From Steroidobacteraceae bacterium (GTDB taxonomy: Bacteria; Pseudomonadota; Gammaproteobacteria; Steroidobacterales; Steroidobacteraceae), in NCBI GenBank assembly GCA_023253235.1, contig JALRHE010000184.1:1-27311 (forward strand): a DNA stretch of 27,311 bases, read 5' to 3'. The position numbers were made by a program, and so were the translations under genes. Positions 1-14,545 of this stretch are shown here, one piece after another (the stretch's first letter is position 1; the number at the start of each line of letters is the position of its first letter). Under the pieces are notes generated by a model. It worked only from the letters and a program-made list of their open reading frames with translations. It did not search any database and was not told the origin of the DNA.

Positions 1-4328
<4,328 letters not shown>

Positions 4329-4334
4329 TGCATA

Positions 4335-4363
4335 ACTATAGAGATCGAAGTCAGCGCTGTCCA
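4335..4363 (-). promoter_or_regulatory. Sigma70-type promoter of the met operon
   Basis: TGGACA (4363-4358), 17-nt spacer, TATAGT (4340-4335); ATG 4328 follows after 6 nt. Confidence 0.7.
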
Positions 4364-4372
4364 TGAAACAAA

Positions 4373-4392
4373 ATAGTTTCAACTGAAACTAT
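4373..4392. promoter_or_regulatory. Perfect palindromic operator, probably for the MarR regulator of the hppD operon
   Basis: ATAGTTTCA-AC-TGAAACTAT has 9-bp perfect arms and overlaps TATAAT at 4390-4395. An extra TGAAAC half-site lies at 4364-4369. Confidence 0.72.
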
Positions 4393-4395
4393 AAT
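4390..4395 (+). promoter_or_regulatory. -10 element of the hppD promoter
   Basis: Consensus TATAAT 7 nt before ATG 4403. No recognisable -35 at 17-bp spacing. Confidence 0.55.
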
Positions 4396-4402
4396 GGCAG
4401 CC

Positions 4403-5494
4403 ATGACACCCACCTCGCCCCGCGACAACCCCATGGGACTCGACGGCTTTGAGTTCGTCGAATTTGCTTCCCCGCAACCCGGCGTCCTCGAGCCCGTCTT
4501 CGAAGCTATGGGCTTCAGTCTGGTTGCCCGCCATCGCTCCAAACAGGTCACGCTGTTCCGCCAAGGCGGAATCAATTTCATCCTGAACAACGAGCCGGCG
4601 AGCCAGGCGGCCTACTTCGCCGAGGAACATGGACCGGGCGCCTGCGGCATGGCCTTTCGCGTTCGCGATGCCCATCACGCCTACTCGAGAGCACTGAAGC
4701 TCGGCGCCCAACCGATCGAGGTTCCGACGGGACCGATGGAGCTGCGTTTGCCAGCCGTGCGCGCGATCGGTGGTGCCGCTCTCTATCTCATCGATCGCTA
4801 TCACGACGGCAGCAGCATCTACGACATCGACTTCACCTTCTTACCCGGAGCCGATCGCGCACCTGCCGGCGTCGGTCTCACGCATATCGACCATCTCACC
4901 CATAACGTCTATCGCGGACGCATGACGCACTGGGCAGGGTTCTACGAGCGCTTGTTCAACTTTCGTGAAATCCGTCACTTCGATATTCAGGGCACACACA
5001 CAGGGCTGCAGTCTCGCGCGATGACGGCACCCGACAATCGCATCCGCATCCCCCTGAATGAGGAGGACGGTAAGGGCGGCGGACAGATCGAAGAATTCCT
5101 GATGCGCTTCAATGGCGAGGGCATTCAGCACATTGCCTTGGCCACGACCGATCTGTGCGCGACGGTCGATCGATTGCGAGCGCGCGGCGTACCGCTGATG
5201 TCGGCACCGCCCGCGACCTACTACGAGGCGCTTGAGGAGCGTCTACCGGGGCACGATCAGCCCGTCGCGAAACTGCAGGAGCGCGGCATTCTGCTCGATG
5301 GCGACACGCGCGGCGATAAGCGACTACTGCTACAGATCTTTTCCGAATGCATGGTCGGTCCGCTTTTCTTTGAGTTCATTCAACGCGAGCGCGATGAGGG
5401 CTTTGGCGAAGGCAACTTCAAGGCGCTGTTCGAATCACTGGAGAGAGACCAGTTGCGTCGAGGCGCTCTCAGGACCGAGAGCTCCGTCGCATGA
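4403..5494 (+). CDS. hppD: 4-hydroxyphenylpyruvate dioxygenase (363 aa)
   Basis: [14 protein letters not shown]-terminus; Fe-ligand motifs DHLTHNV, GIQHIAL and FFEFIQR; C-terminal [18 protein letters not shown]. Confidence 0.97.
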   Translation: MTPTSPRDNPMGLDGFEFVEFASPQPGVLEPVFEAMGFSLVARHRSKQVTLFRQGGINFILNNEPASQAAYFAEEHGPGACGMAFRVRDAHHAYSRALKLGAQPIEVPTGPMELRLPAVRAIGGAALYLIDRYHDGSSIYDIDFTFLPGADRAPAGVGLTHIDHLTHNVYRGRMTHWAGFYERLFNFREIRHFDIQGTHTGLQSRAMTAPDNRIRIPLNEEDGKGGGQIEEFLMRFNGEGIQHIALATTDLCATVDRLRARGVPLMSAPPATYYEALEERLPGHDQPVAKLQERGILLDGDTRGDKRLLLQIFSECMVGPLFFEFIQRERDEGFGEGNFKALFESLERDQLRRGALRTESSVA

Positions 5495-6033
5495 GCCTGA
5501 TACGACGCATTCATCACGTCGCCTACCGTTGCAACGACGCTCGCGAGACCGTCGAGTTCTATCGCGATGTGCTCGGCATGGAGTTCACCGTAGCCTTCGC
5601 GGAGGATCGAGTCCCCTCCACCGGCGAACCCGACCCGTACATGCATGTCTTTCTGGATGCCGGCGGTGGCAACGTACTCGCCTTCTTCGAGTTGCCGACT
5701 CGCCCACCGATGGGTCGCGACCCAAATACCCCGCAATGGGTTCAGCATATTGCCTTCGAAGTGGCCGATCTCGCCACGCTGGCCCTCGCTCGAACGCGCT
5801 TACTCGATCGCGGCATCGAGGTCGTCGGGCCCACGGACCATGGCTTGTTTTGTTCGATCTATTTCTTCGATCCGAATGGTCATCGCCTCGAGCTGACCTG
5901 CAACACGGCGAGTGACGAGGCCACGGCGAAGGCACGCGCCAACGCGGAACCGATGTTGACCGAGTGGAGTCGCACGAAACGAGCTCCGAAACATAATGCC
6001 TGGCTACATGCGTCTGCGGAGCACAACTCATGA
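5491..6033 (+). CDS. VOC (glyoxalase/extradiol dioxygenase) family protein (180 aa)
   Basis: [16 protein letters not shown] and [14 protein letters not shown] give the His/His/Glu metal-site pattern. ATGA overlap with hppD. Confidence 0.9.
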   Translation: MSLIRRIHHVAYRCNDARETVEFYRDVLGMEFTVAFAEDRVPSTGEPDPYMHVFLDAGGGNVLAFFELPTRPPMGRDPNTPQWVQHIAFEVADLATLALARTRLLDRGIEVVGPTDHGLFCSIYFFDPNGHRLELTCNTASDEATAKARANAEPMLTEWSRTKRAPKHNAWLHASAEHNS

Positions 6034-7052
6034 AGCTTGCCAGCTTGCGCGATTCCACCCAACGCCGCGACGGACGACTCGTCGTCGTGTCACGTGATCT
6101 CACACGCTACCTCGATGCCCATTCGATTGCGCCGACACTGCAGGCCGCACTGGACGATTGGGCACGTCTCGAGCCGTCGCTTCAAACCCTGAGCGCTCGA
6201 GTCAATGCGGGCGAAGGTACGTCGTTCGATCCTGAGAAGTGTCTTTCGCCGCTACCGCGTGCCTTTCAGTGGGCCGATGGCTCCGCTTACGTGAATCATG
6301 TCGAGTTGGTACGTAAAGCGCGCGGCGCGGAGCTACCACCGTCTTTCTGGACCGATCCCTTGATGTACCAAGGCGGCTCCGACGGATTTCTGGCACCGAC
6401 CGAAGATATCCCTCTCGCGGATGCGCAATGGGGCCTCGACTTCGAGGCTGAGGTTGCCGTGATCACCGATGATGTTCCGCAGGCCTGCGATGCTCGAGCG
6501 GCTGGCGAGCACATCCGGCTTCTGATGCTCGTGAACGACGTGTCGTTGCGCGGCCTGATCGCGGGCGAACTCGCCAAGGGGTTTGGCTTCTTCCAGTCAA
6601 AGCCGGCTTCGGCTTTCTCGCCAGTCGCTGTCACGCCCGACGAACTCGGATCAGCCTGGGATGGCGGACGAGTACACCTGCCACTGCGAGTCCAACTCAA
6701 TGGCCGAGACTTTGGACGCGCCAATGCCGGCGTCGACATGACTTTTGATTTTCCGGCACTCATCGCCCATGCAGCGAAGACCCGAAGCCTAGCGGCCGGC
6801 ACCATCATCGGATCCGGCACGGTATCCAATCGTGACGCCGACGGCGGCCCCGGCCGCCCCATCGACGAAGGTGGACTCGGTTATTCTTGTATCGCCGAAC
6901 AGCGTACGGTGGAACAACTGCGCACGGGCGCTGTTTCCACGCCGTTCCTCTCATCGGGTGATCAAGTCAAAATCGAGATGCGGGATGCGAACGACCGTTC
7001 GATCTTCGGATCGATCGACCAGCGCGTAGTTGCCGTCAAAGATCATGCATGA
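6030..7052 (+). CDS. Fumarylacetoacetate hydrolase family protein (340 aa)
   Basis: Motifs DFEAEVAVITDD, MLVNDVSLR, FFQSKP and GTIIGSGTVSN. ATGA overlap with the VOC gene; located in the hppD operon. Confidence 0.93.
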   Translation: MKLASLRDSTQRRDGRLVVVSRDLTRYLDAHSIAPTLQAALDDWARLEPSLQTLSARVNAGEGTSFDPEKCLSPLPRAFQWADGSAYVNHVELVRKARGAELPPSFWTDPLMYQGGSDGFLAPTEDIPLADAQWGLDFEAEVAVITDDVPQACDARAAGEHIRLLMLVNDVSLRGLIAGELAKGFGFFQSKPASAFSPVAVTPDELGSAWDGGRVHLPLRVQLNGRDFGRANAGVDMTFDFPALIAHAAKTRSLAAGTIIGSGTVSNRDADGGPGRPIDEGGLGYSCIAEQRTVEQLRTGAVSTPFLSSGDQVKIEMRDANDRSIFGSIDQRVVAVKDHA

Positions 7053-7515
7053 CTTGCTGATACTCGACCGATTTCTTCCCTACAGACTCTCCGTGCTCAG
7101 CAATACGGTGAGCACGGCGATCGCCAACCGCTATACCGAGCGCTTCGAGTTGCGCATCCCCGAGTGGCGAGTCTTGGCCGTACTTGGCATGCAGCCCGGC
7201 CTATCGGCCGCGGAAGTCGCAGCTAAGACCGCGATGGATGCCGTAGCTGTCAGTCGCGCGGTCACCCGCTTGATCAAACAAAGTCGACTCGAGCGTCGCT
7301 ACACCTCGCAAGATCGTCGCCGTTCCGAACTTCGGCTATCCGAGCAAGGTCAGCGCGTCTACGAAGAAATCGTGCCGATCGCAAGAGCTTACGAGCGCGC
7401 CCTGCTCGATGGTCTCGATGAGACTGAACGCCTCGAACTCGATCGCTTGCTGCAACGTCTGACCCAGCGAGCCGATCTGTTAACCACTCAACCTCCGACG
7501 CAAGACGAGATTTGA
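7045..7515 (+). CDS. MarR-family transcriptional regulator (156 aa)
   Basis: FLPYRLSVL, EWRVLAVL, VSRAVTRL and DRRRSELRLSEQG (MarR wing). ATG 7045 overlaps the FAH stop. Confidence 0.93.
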   Translation: MHDLLILDRFLPYRLSVLSNTVSTAIANRYTERFELRIPEWRVLAVLGMQPGLSAAEVAAKTAMDAVAVSRAVTRLIKQSRLERRYTSQDRRRSELRLSEQGQRVYEEIVPIARAYERALLDGLDETERLELDRLLQRLTQRADLLTTQPPTQDEI

Positions 7516-7516
7516 C

Positions 7517-10500
7517 ATGCCGACCCAACTTCCCAAGCGACGTCTCAACCTCATCGACCGGATCGTCAAGGCCGCCCAAGGTCAAGCCGATCGGATGCCG
7601 CTCGATATGCTGCGACGTTATTTCAGCGGTGTCGGGGAAGAAGATCTCGCCGCACGCGATGCGACTTACTTGGCCGGCATCGCCGGTTTGCACTACGGCC
7701 TCGCCGAGAAGCGACGCACCGACCAGACGCTGTTGAAGATCGTGCACGTGTCCGACTCGAGCAGCCTGGTACTCATCGCCACGGATGATCGGCCGTTCCT
7801 AGTCGAGTCTCTCGGAATCGCTTTTGCCGAAACGGGTGTTGCCGTGCGGATGCTCGTCCATCCCGTGCTGCACGTTAGACGAGATGGACGTGGTCGTTTG
7901 CAATCGACCCATGACGGGGCGCAGGAGCGCAGCCAAGCGGAATCCTGGCAGTTGTATGAAATTGACCGACTATGGGACAGCGAGTCGACCGCGCGCCTCG
8001 AATCGCGTCTGTATGCGGCGCTAGAGCATGTACAACTTGCCGTCACCGACTGGCTGGCCATGCGCGCCAAGGTTCGTCTAGCGATTGAGCAACTGACGAA
8101 AACCCCCTTGCGTGGCGAGCGCGCGCGGCAGCGCGACGAGGCGATCGCCCTGCTCAACTGGATGGAGGGAGCCCACTTCGTCTTCCTCGGCTATCAGTAT
8201 CAGCGTCTGACGCGCGGTGCCCACCGTGACCGTCTGCAAGCAGATCGACGCAGCGGGCTCGGCATTTTGCGCGCCGGCTCGGTGCAAACGGTCGCTACCG
8301 AGACCCTGCAAGGCGAACTACGCGATGCCATGCGCAGCAGCGACCCGTTGATCATCACGAAATCGGCTTTACGCTCCACGGTGCACCGCAGCGGTCATCT
8401 AGACCATTTGACCGTCAAAGATTTCGACACGCAGGGTCGCGTCCGCGGCGAACATCGCTTCCTGGGTCTGTGGACTGCTACCGCTTACTTCGCATCGCCC
8501 AACGATATCCCGGTCGTGCGTCGCAAAGTGTCAGAGGTCATCACTCGTTTCGGCCTCGACCCCCGCAGTCACGACGGCAAAGCCGTGCTTGCCGTACTGG
8601 AAACCTGGCCGCGCGACGAATTGTTCCAGTGCAGCCCTTCCGAACTTGTCGACTTCGTTCGTGGCGTCGTCAACCTCTACGATCGCCCGACCACGCGCGT
8701 CATGCTGCGTCATGACCCTCTAGGCCGTTTCTGGTCCTGCATGGCGTTTGTCCCTCGTGATCGCTACACCACCGAAGTCCGTCACCGCATCGAGGCGCTA
8801 TTGACGCGACACTGTGGTGGCAGTGATCTCGAATCGCAGGTTCAGATCGCCTTGTCCAATCATGCGCGCTTACACGTGATGATCCGGGGCGGGGTCGAGA
8901 AACTCTCAGGAGCACAAATTGCCGCTCTGGAGCGCGAAGTCGCCGACGCCGTTGCCACGTGGACGGATCACTTGCGCACGACCTTACAAGGCGCGCTCGC
9001 ACCGGCGGCGGCAGCACGACTCTTCCAGCGCTACGCAAACTTGTTCCCGTTGGCGTATCAAACAGCTGTTTCACCATCAACATCGCTGCAAGACATCAAC
9101 GCGATGGAGCACTTGGCGAACTCGAACGCCACGATGCACTGGCGCGTCCACCACCCCGAGCTTGATTCCCGGACGACACCAGCCCGTCTACATCTTCGTC
9201 TCGTACGACGAGGATCGAGTTTGCCGATCGCAGATCTGGTACCGATGTTCGAAAACTTCGGATTGCGTCTGTTGGGCGAGCAATCTTGGATCTTGGGTGA
9301 GACGAGCTCGCAGAAGATTGCCATCCAAGACTTCGAAATCGAACTGAAGGCCGACGCCCAGTTCCAAGTCGAGGCTGACGGCAATCGACTCCTCGAGGGC
9401 TTGCAGTCCGTTCGCGACGGGTTGATCGATAACGACGGGTTCAACCGCCTGTTGTTGTCGACTCCGCTCGATATCCGCCAAATCAACGTGCTGCGCGCCT
9501 GCTGTCGCTACCTGCTGCAAGCGGGCATCCCCTTCAGTCAACGCTACATGGAGCGCACGCTGGAGTCGAACGCGGCCGTCACCCACGATTTGTACCAACT
9601 CTTCGCAGTGCGTCACGATCCCAAGCTGCGCAAAGAGACACGCGAGAAAACCGAAGCGCAAATTCTCTCTCGGCTGGCGAAGCGACTCGACGGCATCGTG
9701 AATGCAGACGAGGATCGCATCCTACGAAGATTCCAGGCTGTCATCCTCGCCATCCTTCGCTGCAACTTCTTCCAGCGAGACCAAGACGGTCAGCATCGCC
9801 CGGTGCTGGCCTTCAAGCTCGATCCGAAGGTGATCCCCGACTTGCCGCTGCCGCGTCCACGTTACGAAATTTACGTGGTTGGTCCACGGGTCGAGGGCGT
9901 GCACCTACGCATGGGCGAGGTCGCCCGCGGTGGACTGCGTTGGTCGGACCGCCGCGAGGACTTCCGAACTGAAATCCTCGGCTTGATGAAGGCGCAGAAC
10001 GTCAAAAACACAGTCATCGTCCCGGTCGGTGCCAAAGGCGGCTTCGTTGCACGTCAGCTGCCGAGTGGGCCGCGCGACGCCATCCAGGCCGAAGGCATCG
10101 CGGCGTATCGCCAATACATCAACGCCTTGCTCGATCTGACGGACAATATCGTCGCCGGTCGCCTTGCACCGCCCGTGAATCTTCATCGCCGCGATGGTGA
10201 TGACCCTTATCTCGTCGTCGCCGCAGACAAGGGCACGGCGACGTTCTCGGATATCGCCAATTCAATCGCCGTAGAACGCGGTTTCTGGCTGGGTGACGCC
10301 TTCGCCTCAGGGGGGTCCGCCGGCTACGACCACAAAAAAATGGGGATCACCGCGCGCGGTGCGTGGGAGTGCGTCAAGCGACACTTCCGCGAGTTGGGTC
10401 GAGACATTCAGCGTGAGCCTTTCACGGTTGCTGGTGTCGGCGATATGTCCGGTGACGTCTTCGGTAACGGCATGCTGCTGTCGCAGCAGATCAAACTGGT

Positions 10501-12286
10501 CGCCGCATTCAACCATCAGCATATTTTCATTGATCCGAATCCCGATCCTGCCACCAGCTTTGCAGAGCGAGCGCGTCTATTCGCACTACCCCGCTCCTCT
10601 TGGACGGACTACAACTCCCGCCTGATCTCCAAGGGTGGCGGCATCTACGAGCGTAGCGCCAAATCGATTCCACTCAGCGCCGAAGCACGCTCGATGCTGC
10701 GTCTCGATGCGACGTCGGCAACGCCGAACGAGGTCATCCGCGCCGTTCTTCGTATGCCGGTCGATTTACTTTGGAATGGCGGAATCGGCACCTACGTCAA
10801 GGCGAGTGACGAACCTCAATCCGCTGCTGGCGATCGCAGCAACGATGCCGTGCGGGTCGACGGCCGCGAGGTACGCGCAAAAGTCGTGGGTGAAGGCGGC
10901 AATCTCGGCTGCACTCAACGCGGACGTGTCGAATACGCCCTCGCGGGCGGACGCATCAATACCGACTTCATCGACAATTCGGCTGGTGTGAACACCTCCG
11001 ACGTCGAGGTCAATCTCAAGATTTTGACCTCCGCCATCGAATCACGCGGTGCCTTGCGCCGAGCAGAGCGCGATCGTCTGCTCGCGCGCTTGACTCAGGA
11101 AGTCACGAAGCTCGTCCTTCGCAACAACTACTTGCAGAGCCAAGCGATATCGACACTCGAGCTGCAGTCAGCCGCGCGCCTACCGGAATTGCAGAGCCTG
11201 ATCAGGCACCTCGAACGCAAAGGCGAACTGGACCGTCAAGTCGAGAACCTACCGGACGACGAGGCACTGGCCGCACGTCGCAAACAAGGACTCGGCCTTA
11301 CGCGTCCCGAATTGGCCGTCGTGCTCGCCTACTCGAAGATCTCGCTCTATCGTCAATTGATCGACACCGATTTGCCGGACGACAGCTACTTCGCCCAGGA
11401 AGTGGAACGATACTTCCCATCGGCCGTGACACAACGCTTCAGCAAGGACGTTCGGCGCCACCAACTCAGAAGAGAGATCGTCACCACGGCCGTGACCAAC
11501 AGCCTAGTCAATCGCATGGGACCGAGTTTTGTCATGCGAGCGTGCGAGGAAACCGGTGCCTCGGCAGCCGACGTCGCTCGCGCCTACAGTATCGCTCGTG
11601 AGTTGTTGCAAGCGCGCGAAGTGTGGAGTGACATCGAAGCGCTCGACAATCGTATCCCGAGCGACGCGCAATACGCGGCTTACGCGGACACCGCCAGAAC
11701 CCTGCGTCATGCCACGATGTGGTTGCTACGACGTCAAAGTAAATTAGTCGTGGCCGACACGGTGTCCGAGTTGAGCACTCCGGTACGCACCTATCAGCAG
11801 ATCGTCCAACGCACTCTCAGCGGCGATCTCAAGCGCGAGTTCAGATCGACGGAGCAGCGTTACCTCGACGCAGGCCTGCCCGCAGCACTCGCGACTCGCT
11901 TGGCAGGCGGTATCTCGCGCGATGCCGCTTTCGATGTGGCCGAGCTCGCCAAACTGCAGAAGCGCCCTGTCGCTGCGGTTGCGGCCGATTGGTTTTCGAT
12001 CGGCGAGAAACTAAAGCTCGATTGGCTGGGATCGCGAATCGACCGCCTGGTCGTGGATGGACCACTGCAGGCAATCGCACGCTCCGGACTACGCGAGGCC
12101 GTACGCAAACTGCAACGCTCGATCGTCACGGCGGTCGCGAAGCAAGACTACACGCGATGGTCGGCTAGCCGACGGGAAGCGCTGACACGCTGGGAACGGA
12201 CGCTTGCGGACGTGTCGGCAGGTGGCTCGAGCGACTTCGCCGCCTTGTCGGTGTGTGTCGACAGCTTGCGCAGCCTCACCGACTAA
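7517..12286 (+). CDS. gdhB: Large NAD-specific glutamate dehydrogenase (1589 aa)
   Basis: Motifs RGGLRWSDRREDFRTE, KNTVIVPVGAKGGF, DDPYLVVAADKGTATFSD, GVGDMSGDVFGNGML and INTDFIDNSAGV; size typical of the ~180 kDa GDH class. Confidence 0.97.
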   Translation: MPTQLPKRRLNLIDRIVKAAQGQADRMPLDMLRRYFSGVGEEDLAARDATYLAGIAGLHYGLAEKRRTDQTLLKIVHVSDSSSLVLIATDDRPFLVESLGIAFAETGVAVRMLVHPVLHVRRDGRGRLQSTHDGAQERSQAESWQLYEIDRLWDSESTARLESRLYAALEHVQLAVTDWLAMRAKVRLAIEQLTKTPLRGERARQRDEAIALLNWMEGAHFVFLGYQYQRLTRGAHRDRLQADRRSGLGILRAGSVQTVATETLQGELRDAMRSSDPLIITKSALRSTVHRSGHLDHLTVKDFDTQGRVRGEHRFLGLWTATAYFASPNDIPVVRRKVSEVITRFGLDPRSHDGKAVLAVLETWPRDELFQCSPSELVDFVRGVVNLYDRPTTRVMLRHDPLGRFWSCMAFVPRDRYTTEVRHRIEALLTRHCGGSDLESQVQIALSNHARLHVMIRGGVEKLSGAQIAALEREVADAVATWTDHLRTTLQGALAPAAAARLFQRYANLFPLAYQTAVSPSTSLQDINAMEHLANSNATMHWRVHHPELDSRTTPARLHLRLVRRGSSLPIADLVPMFENFGLRLLGEQSWILGETSSQKIAIQDFEIELKADAQFQVEADGNRLLEGLQSVRDGLIDNDGFNRLLLSTPLDIRQINVLRACCRYLLQAGIPFSQRYMERTLESNAAVTHDLYQLFAVRHDPKLRKETREKTEAQILSRLAKRLDGIVNADEDRILRRFQAVILAILRCNFFQRDQDGQHRPVLAFKLDPKVIPDLPLPRPRYEIYVVGPRVEGVHLRMGEVARGGLRWSDRREDFRTEILGLMKAQNVKNTVIVPVGAKGGFVARQLPSGPRDAIQAEGIAAYRQYINALLDLTDNIVAGRLAPPVNLHRRDGDDPYLVVAADKGTATFSDIANSIAVERGFWLGDAFASGGSAGYDHKKMGITARGAWECVKRHFRELGRDIQREPFTVAGVGDMSGDVFGNGMLLSQQIKLVAAFNHQHIFIDPNPDPATSFAERARLFALPRSSWTDYNSRLISKGGGIYERSAKSIPLSAEARSMLRLDATSATPNEVIRAVLRMPVDLLWNGGIGTYVKASDEPQSAAGDRSNDAVRVDGREVRAKVVGEGGNLGCTQRGRVEYALAGGRINTDFIDNSAGVNTSDVEVNLKILTSAIESRGALRRAERDRLLARLTQEVTKLVLRNNYLQSQAISTLELQSAARLPELQSLIRHLERKGELDRQVENLPDDEALAARRKQGLGLTRPELAVVLAYSKISLYRQLIDTDLPDDSYFAQEVERYFPSAVTQRFSKDVRRHQLRREIVTTAVTNSLVNRMGPSFVMRACEETGASAADVARAYSIARELLQAREVWSDIEALDNRIPSDAQYAAYADTARTLRHATMWLLRRQSKLVVADTVSELSTPVRTYQQIVQRTLSGDLKREFRSTEQRYLDAGLPAALATRLAGGISRDAAFDVAELAKLQKRPVAAVAADWFSIGEKLKLDWLGSRIDRLVVDGPLQAIARSGLREAVRKLQRSIVTAVAKQDYTRWSASRREALTRWERTLADVSAGGSSDFAALSVCVDSLRSLTD

Positions 12287-12311
12287 GCGGCTCCACTGGT
12301 GTCGCGATTGG

Positions 12312-13238
12312 TTAACTGTCGCGATGGGTCTTCGTATGCATCGGCGTGCGGGCAGCTAACCACGCTGCCGCCACGATGCCGATGGCCAACGCCGACAGTT
12401 GCCAAGCGTAGTCCTCGGGGTGCTCCCAGAACTCGGTGAACCAGTGCCAGCGACCGCCGAGTTCGACGGCATTCCAGGCAATGATCGCCGTTGGAATTCC
12501 GTAGCGTATCGCGGTCGTCACGCGCCAAAACAACATCAGCCGACGGAATAGATAAACCGCCCAGACGACGTTGAGGAAAAACACGGCGTAAGTCACCGGA
12601 TGACGGTCACCCACGAAGTCCTTGTGATACAGAAACAGCAGAACCAGATAGAAAAACCAGATCACGTAGACGGTCTCGAGCGCCGTGATCGCGGCAAAAT
12701 TGCGCTCGTGATGCGGATTGGGTTTGCCGGTCTTCAGTTTGAGATGGCGTTGAAACCAAATAAAGAAATTGCACTTAGTTTCTTTGTTGAAAAGAAAGTA
12801 GACCAGTGTCGACCCCAGCACACCGATCGACGACATCATCACCAGATACTCGGCCTTCGTCGCAATGACACCGGGTTTGAAGGGATCCATCAAATCGGGA
12901 ACACCGAGATCCTCACCCGACCAAACGAACGCGAATTCCACCCAGCCCGTCCACAAGAAGGTACCCGCCCAAAATCCGTACCACGTCGCCGACACCTCGT
13001 TGGGATGGCGCATGCCTAGCCAAAGCAAGAAGGCTCCCAATGCCCCGAGGGCGAAAGCCGACTCGAACACATAACCGGGGCCAGGCCAGATCTCCTCCAT
13101 CATGATCATCACGGTGTGGCCGAGCGCCTGCACCACGAAGACGATCAAAAATGCCATCAAGCCGATGTAGGGTGGCCGATGGAGCCAGTTCTTCAAACCC
13201 CCGGTACCCGAAGTCGTAGACTCGAGATTCGCGCTCAT
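12312..13238 (-). CDS. Uncharacterised polytopic membrane protein (~8 TM, 308 aa)
   Basis: About eight hydrophobic segments rich in Trp/Phe/Tyr. Upstream GGGAG SD. Family not recognised. Confidence 0.8.
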   Translation of the reverse strand: MSANLESTTSGTGGLKNWLHRPPYIGLMAFLIVFVVQALGHTVMIMMEEIWPGPGYVFESAFALGALGAFLLWLGMRHPNEVSATWYGFWAGTFLWTGWVEFAFVWSGEDLGVPDLMDPFKPGVIATKAEYLVMMSSIGVLGSTLVYFLFNKETKCNFFIWFQRHLKLKTGKPNPHHERNFAAITALETVYVIWFFYLVLLFLYHKDFVGDRHPVTYAVFFLNVVWAVYLFRRLMLFWRVTTAIRYGIPTAIIAWNAVELGGRWHWFTEFWEHPEDYAWQLSALAIGIVAAAWLAARTPMHTKTHRDS

Positions 13239-13326
13239 GTTTTTCTCCCGCGATCTGACGCCGCGATGTGATCCCCGTCGCGTTCGAGTCTATGCCCGGG
13301 CAACGGACGAGAACAACAGACCCCTG

Positions 13327-13335
13327 TGCTAGCAT
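13327..13335 (+). promoter_or_regulatory. Possible extended -10 promoter of gpmA
   Basis: TG-C-TAGCAT (TGnTAnnnT pattern) about 45 nt before ATG 13380. Confidence 0.3.
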
Positions 13336-13379
13336 CTGCGCCCTCGATTCCACCCCAAACTCGCGGGAGTACGGCAGAA

Positions 13380-14129
13380 ATGGCGGGAAAACTGGTCCTC
13401 GTACGTCACGGTCAAAGCATCTGGAACGTGGAGAATCTGTTCACTGGTTGGACGGACGTCGATCTCTCGCCCCAAGGACGTATCGAGGCAGCCAATGCCG
13501 GCCGTGAAATCCAGAAGGCAGGCATCGATGTCGACGTCGCCTACACCTCCGTTCTCAAGCGAGCGATTCGCACGCTTTGGATCGTGCTCGACGAGATGGA
13601 TCGGATGTGGGTGCCGATCGAAACGAACTGGCGTCTGAACGAGCGCCACTACGGCGCCTTGCAAGGTCTCAACAAGGCACAGACCGTGGCTGAACACGGC
13701 GAAGCACAGGTGAAAATCTGGCGCCGCAGCTACGACATCCCACCGCCGCCGCTATCGGTCGACGACCCGAGACATCCGCGTTTCGATGGTCGCTATGCGG
13801 GAATCGACCCCGCCCTGCTGCCGGCGACCGAGTCGCTCAAAGATACCTTGGCTCGCGTGAAGCCATTGTGGGACAACGGCATCGCACCGCAACTGCGCGC
13901 GGGCAAGAATGTGTTGGTGACGGCGCACGGCAACAGCTTACGTGCCATGGTCAAAATGCTCGACAACGTTCCCGAGCAAGAAATCGTCGAGCTCAACATT
14001 CCGACGGGCGTGCCTTTACTGTATGACCTCGATGCTCAATTGCAGCCACGTAGTCGCCGCTATCTTGGCGACCAGGCCGCGATCGAAGCTGCTGCCGAAG
14101 CCGTGAAACGGCAGACGGAAAAGCGTTAA
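13380..14129 (+). CDS. gpmA: 2,3-bisphosphoglycerate-dependent phosphoglycerate mutase (249 aa)
   Basis: Motifs [33 protein letters not shown] and AHGNSLR, with GGGAG SD before ATG 13380. Confidence 0.97.
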   Translation: MAGKLVLVRHGQSIWNVENLFTGWTDVDLSPQGRIEAANAGREIQKAGIDVDVAYTSVLKRAIRTLWIVLDEMDRMWVPIETNWRLNERHYGALQGLNKAQTVAEHGEAQVKIWRRSYDIPPPPLSVDDPRHPRFDGRYAGIDPALLPATESLKDTLARVKPLWDNGIAPQLRAGKNVLVTAHGNSLRAMVKMLDNVPEQEIVELNIPTGVPLLYDLDAQLQPRSRRYLGDQAAIEAAAEAVKRQTEKR

Positions 14130-14533
14130 GCCTTGCCCGGCGCCCAACCGTCGTAACGACCGCCCGACGCTTCCGCCAATTCGCGCAAGCGCTGCGAGGC
14201 GGCGCGGATCACCGGCACATGCAGGTGCATCGCCTTAACCGCATGGACGCTGACCGGATGCGCACCGCCCTCGGCTGATTCGCGCATCTCGATGGTGTAG
14301 CCCTCGGCTTCCAACTGACCCGCCACCGTTTGGGCGGCTTCCAGGGTGGGCATGGCAATGAAAAAATCGATTGGCAGAGGCTGGAAGGGATCGATGCCGC
14401 CGCGACGAAGTCGCTCGATCAGTTTGGCATCCCAATCATCTGCTCGATGGGTCGCCGTCCGGCGCACCTGATAAACGATGCGAGCCACCGCGATGCTTGC
14501 GGCAGCCACCAGAAACAGAACGAACCAATCCAC
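14126..14533 (-). CDS. RraB-like (ribonuclease E inhibitor domain) protein with N-terminal membrane anchor (135 aa)
   Basis: Hydrophobic N-terminus, then IDFFIAMP...[14 protein letters not shown] and C-terminal GGRYDGW typical of RraB-like domains. GTG start. Its stop overlaps the gpmA stop in TTAA. Confidence 0.7.
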   Translation of the reverse strand: MDWFVLFLVAAASIAVARIVYQVRRTATHRADDWDAKLIERLRRGGIDPFQPLPIDFFIAMPTLEAAQTVAGQLEAEGYTIEMRESAEGGAHPVSVHAVKAMHLHVPVIRAASQRLRELAEASGGRYDGWAPGKA

Positions 14534-14545
14534 CGCGAGCGCCCG

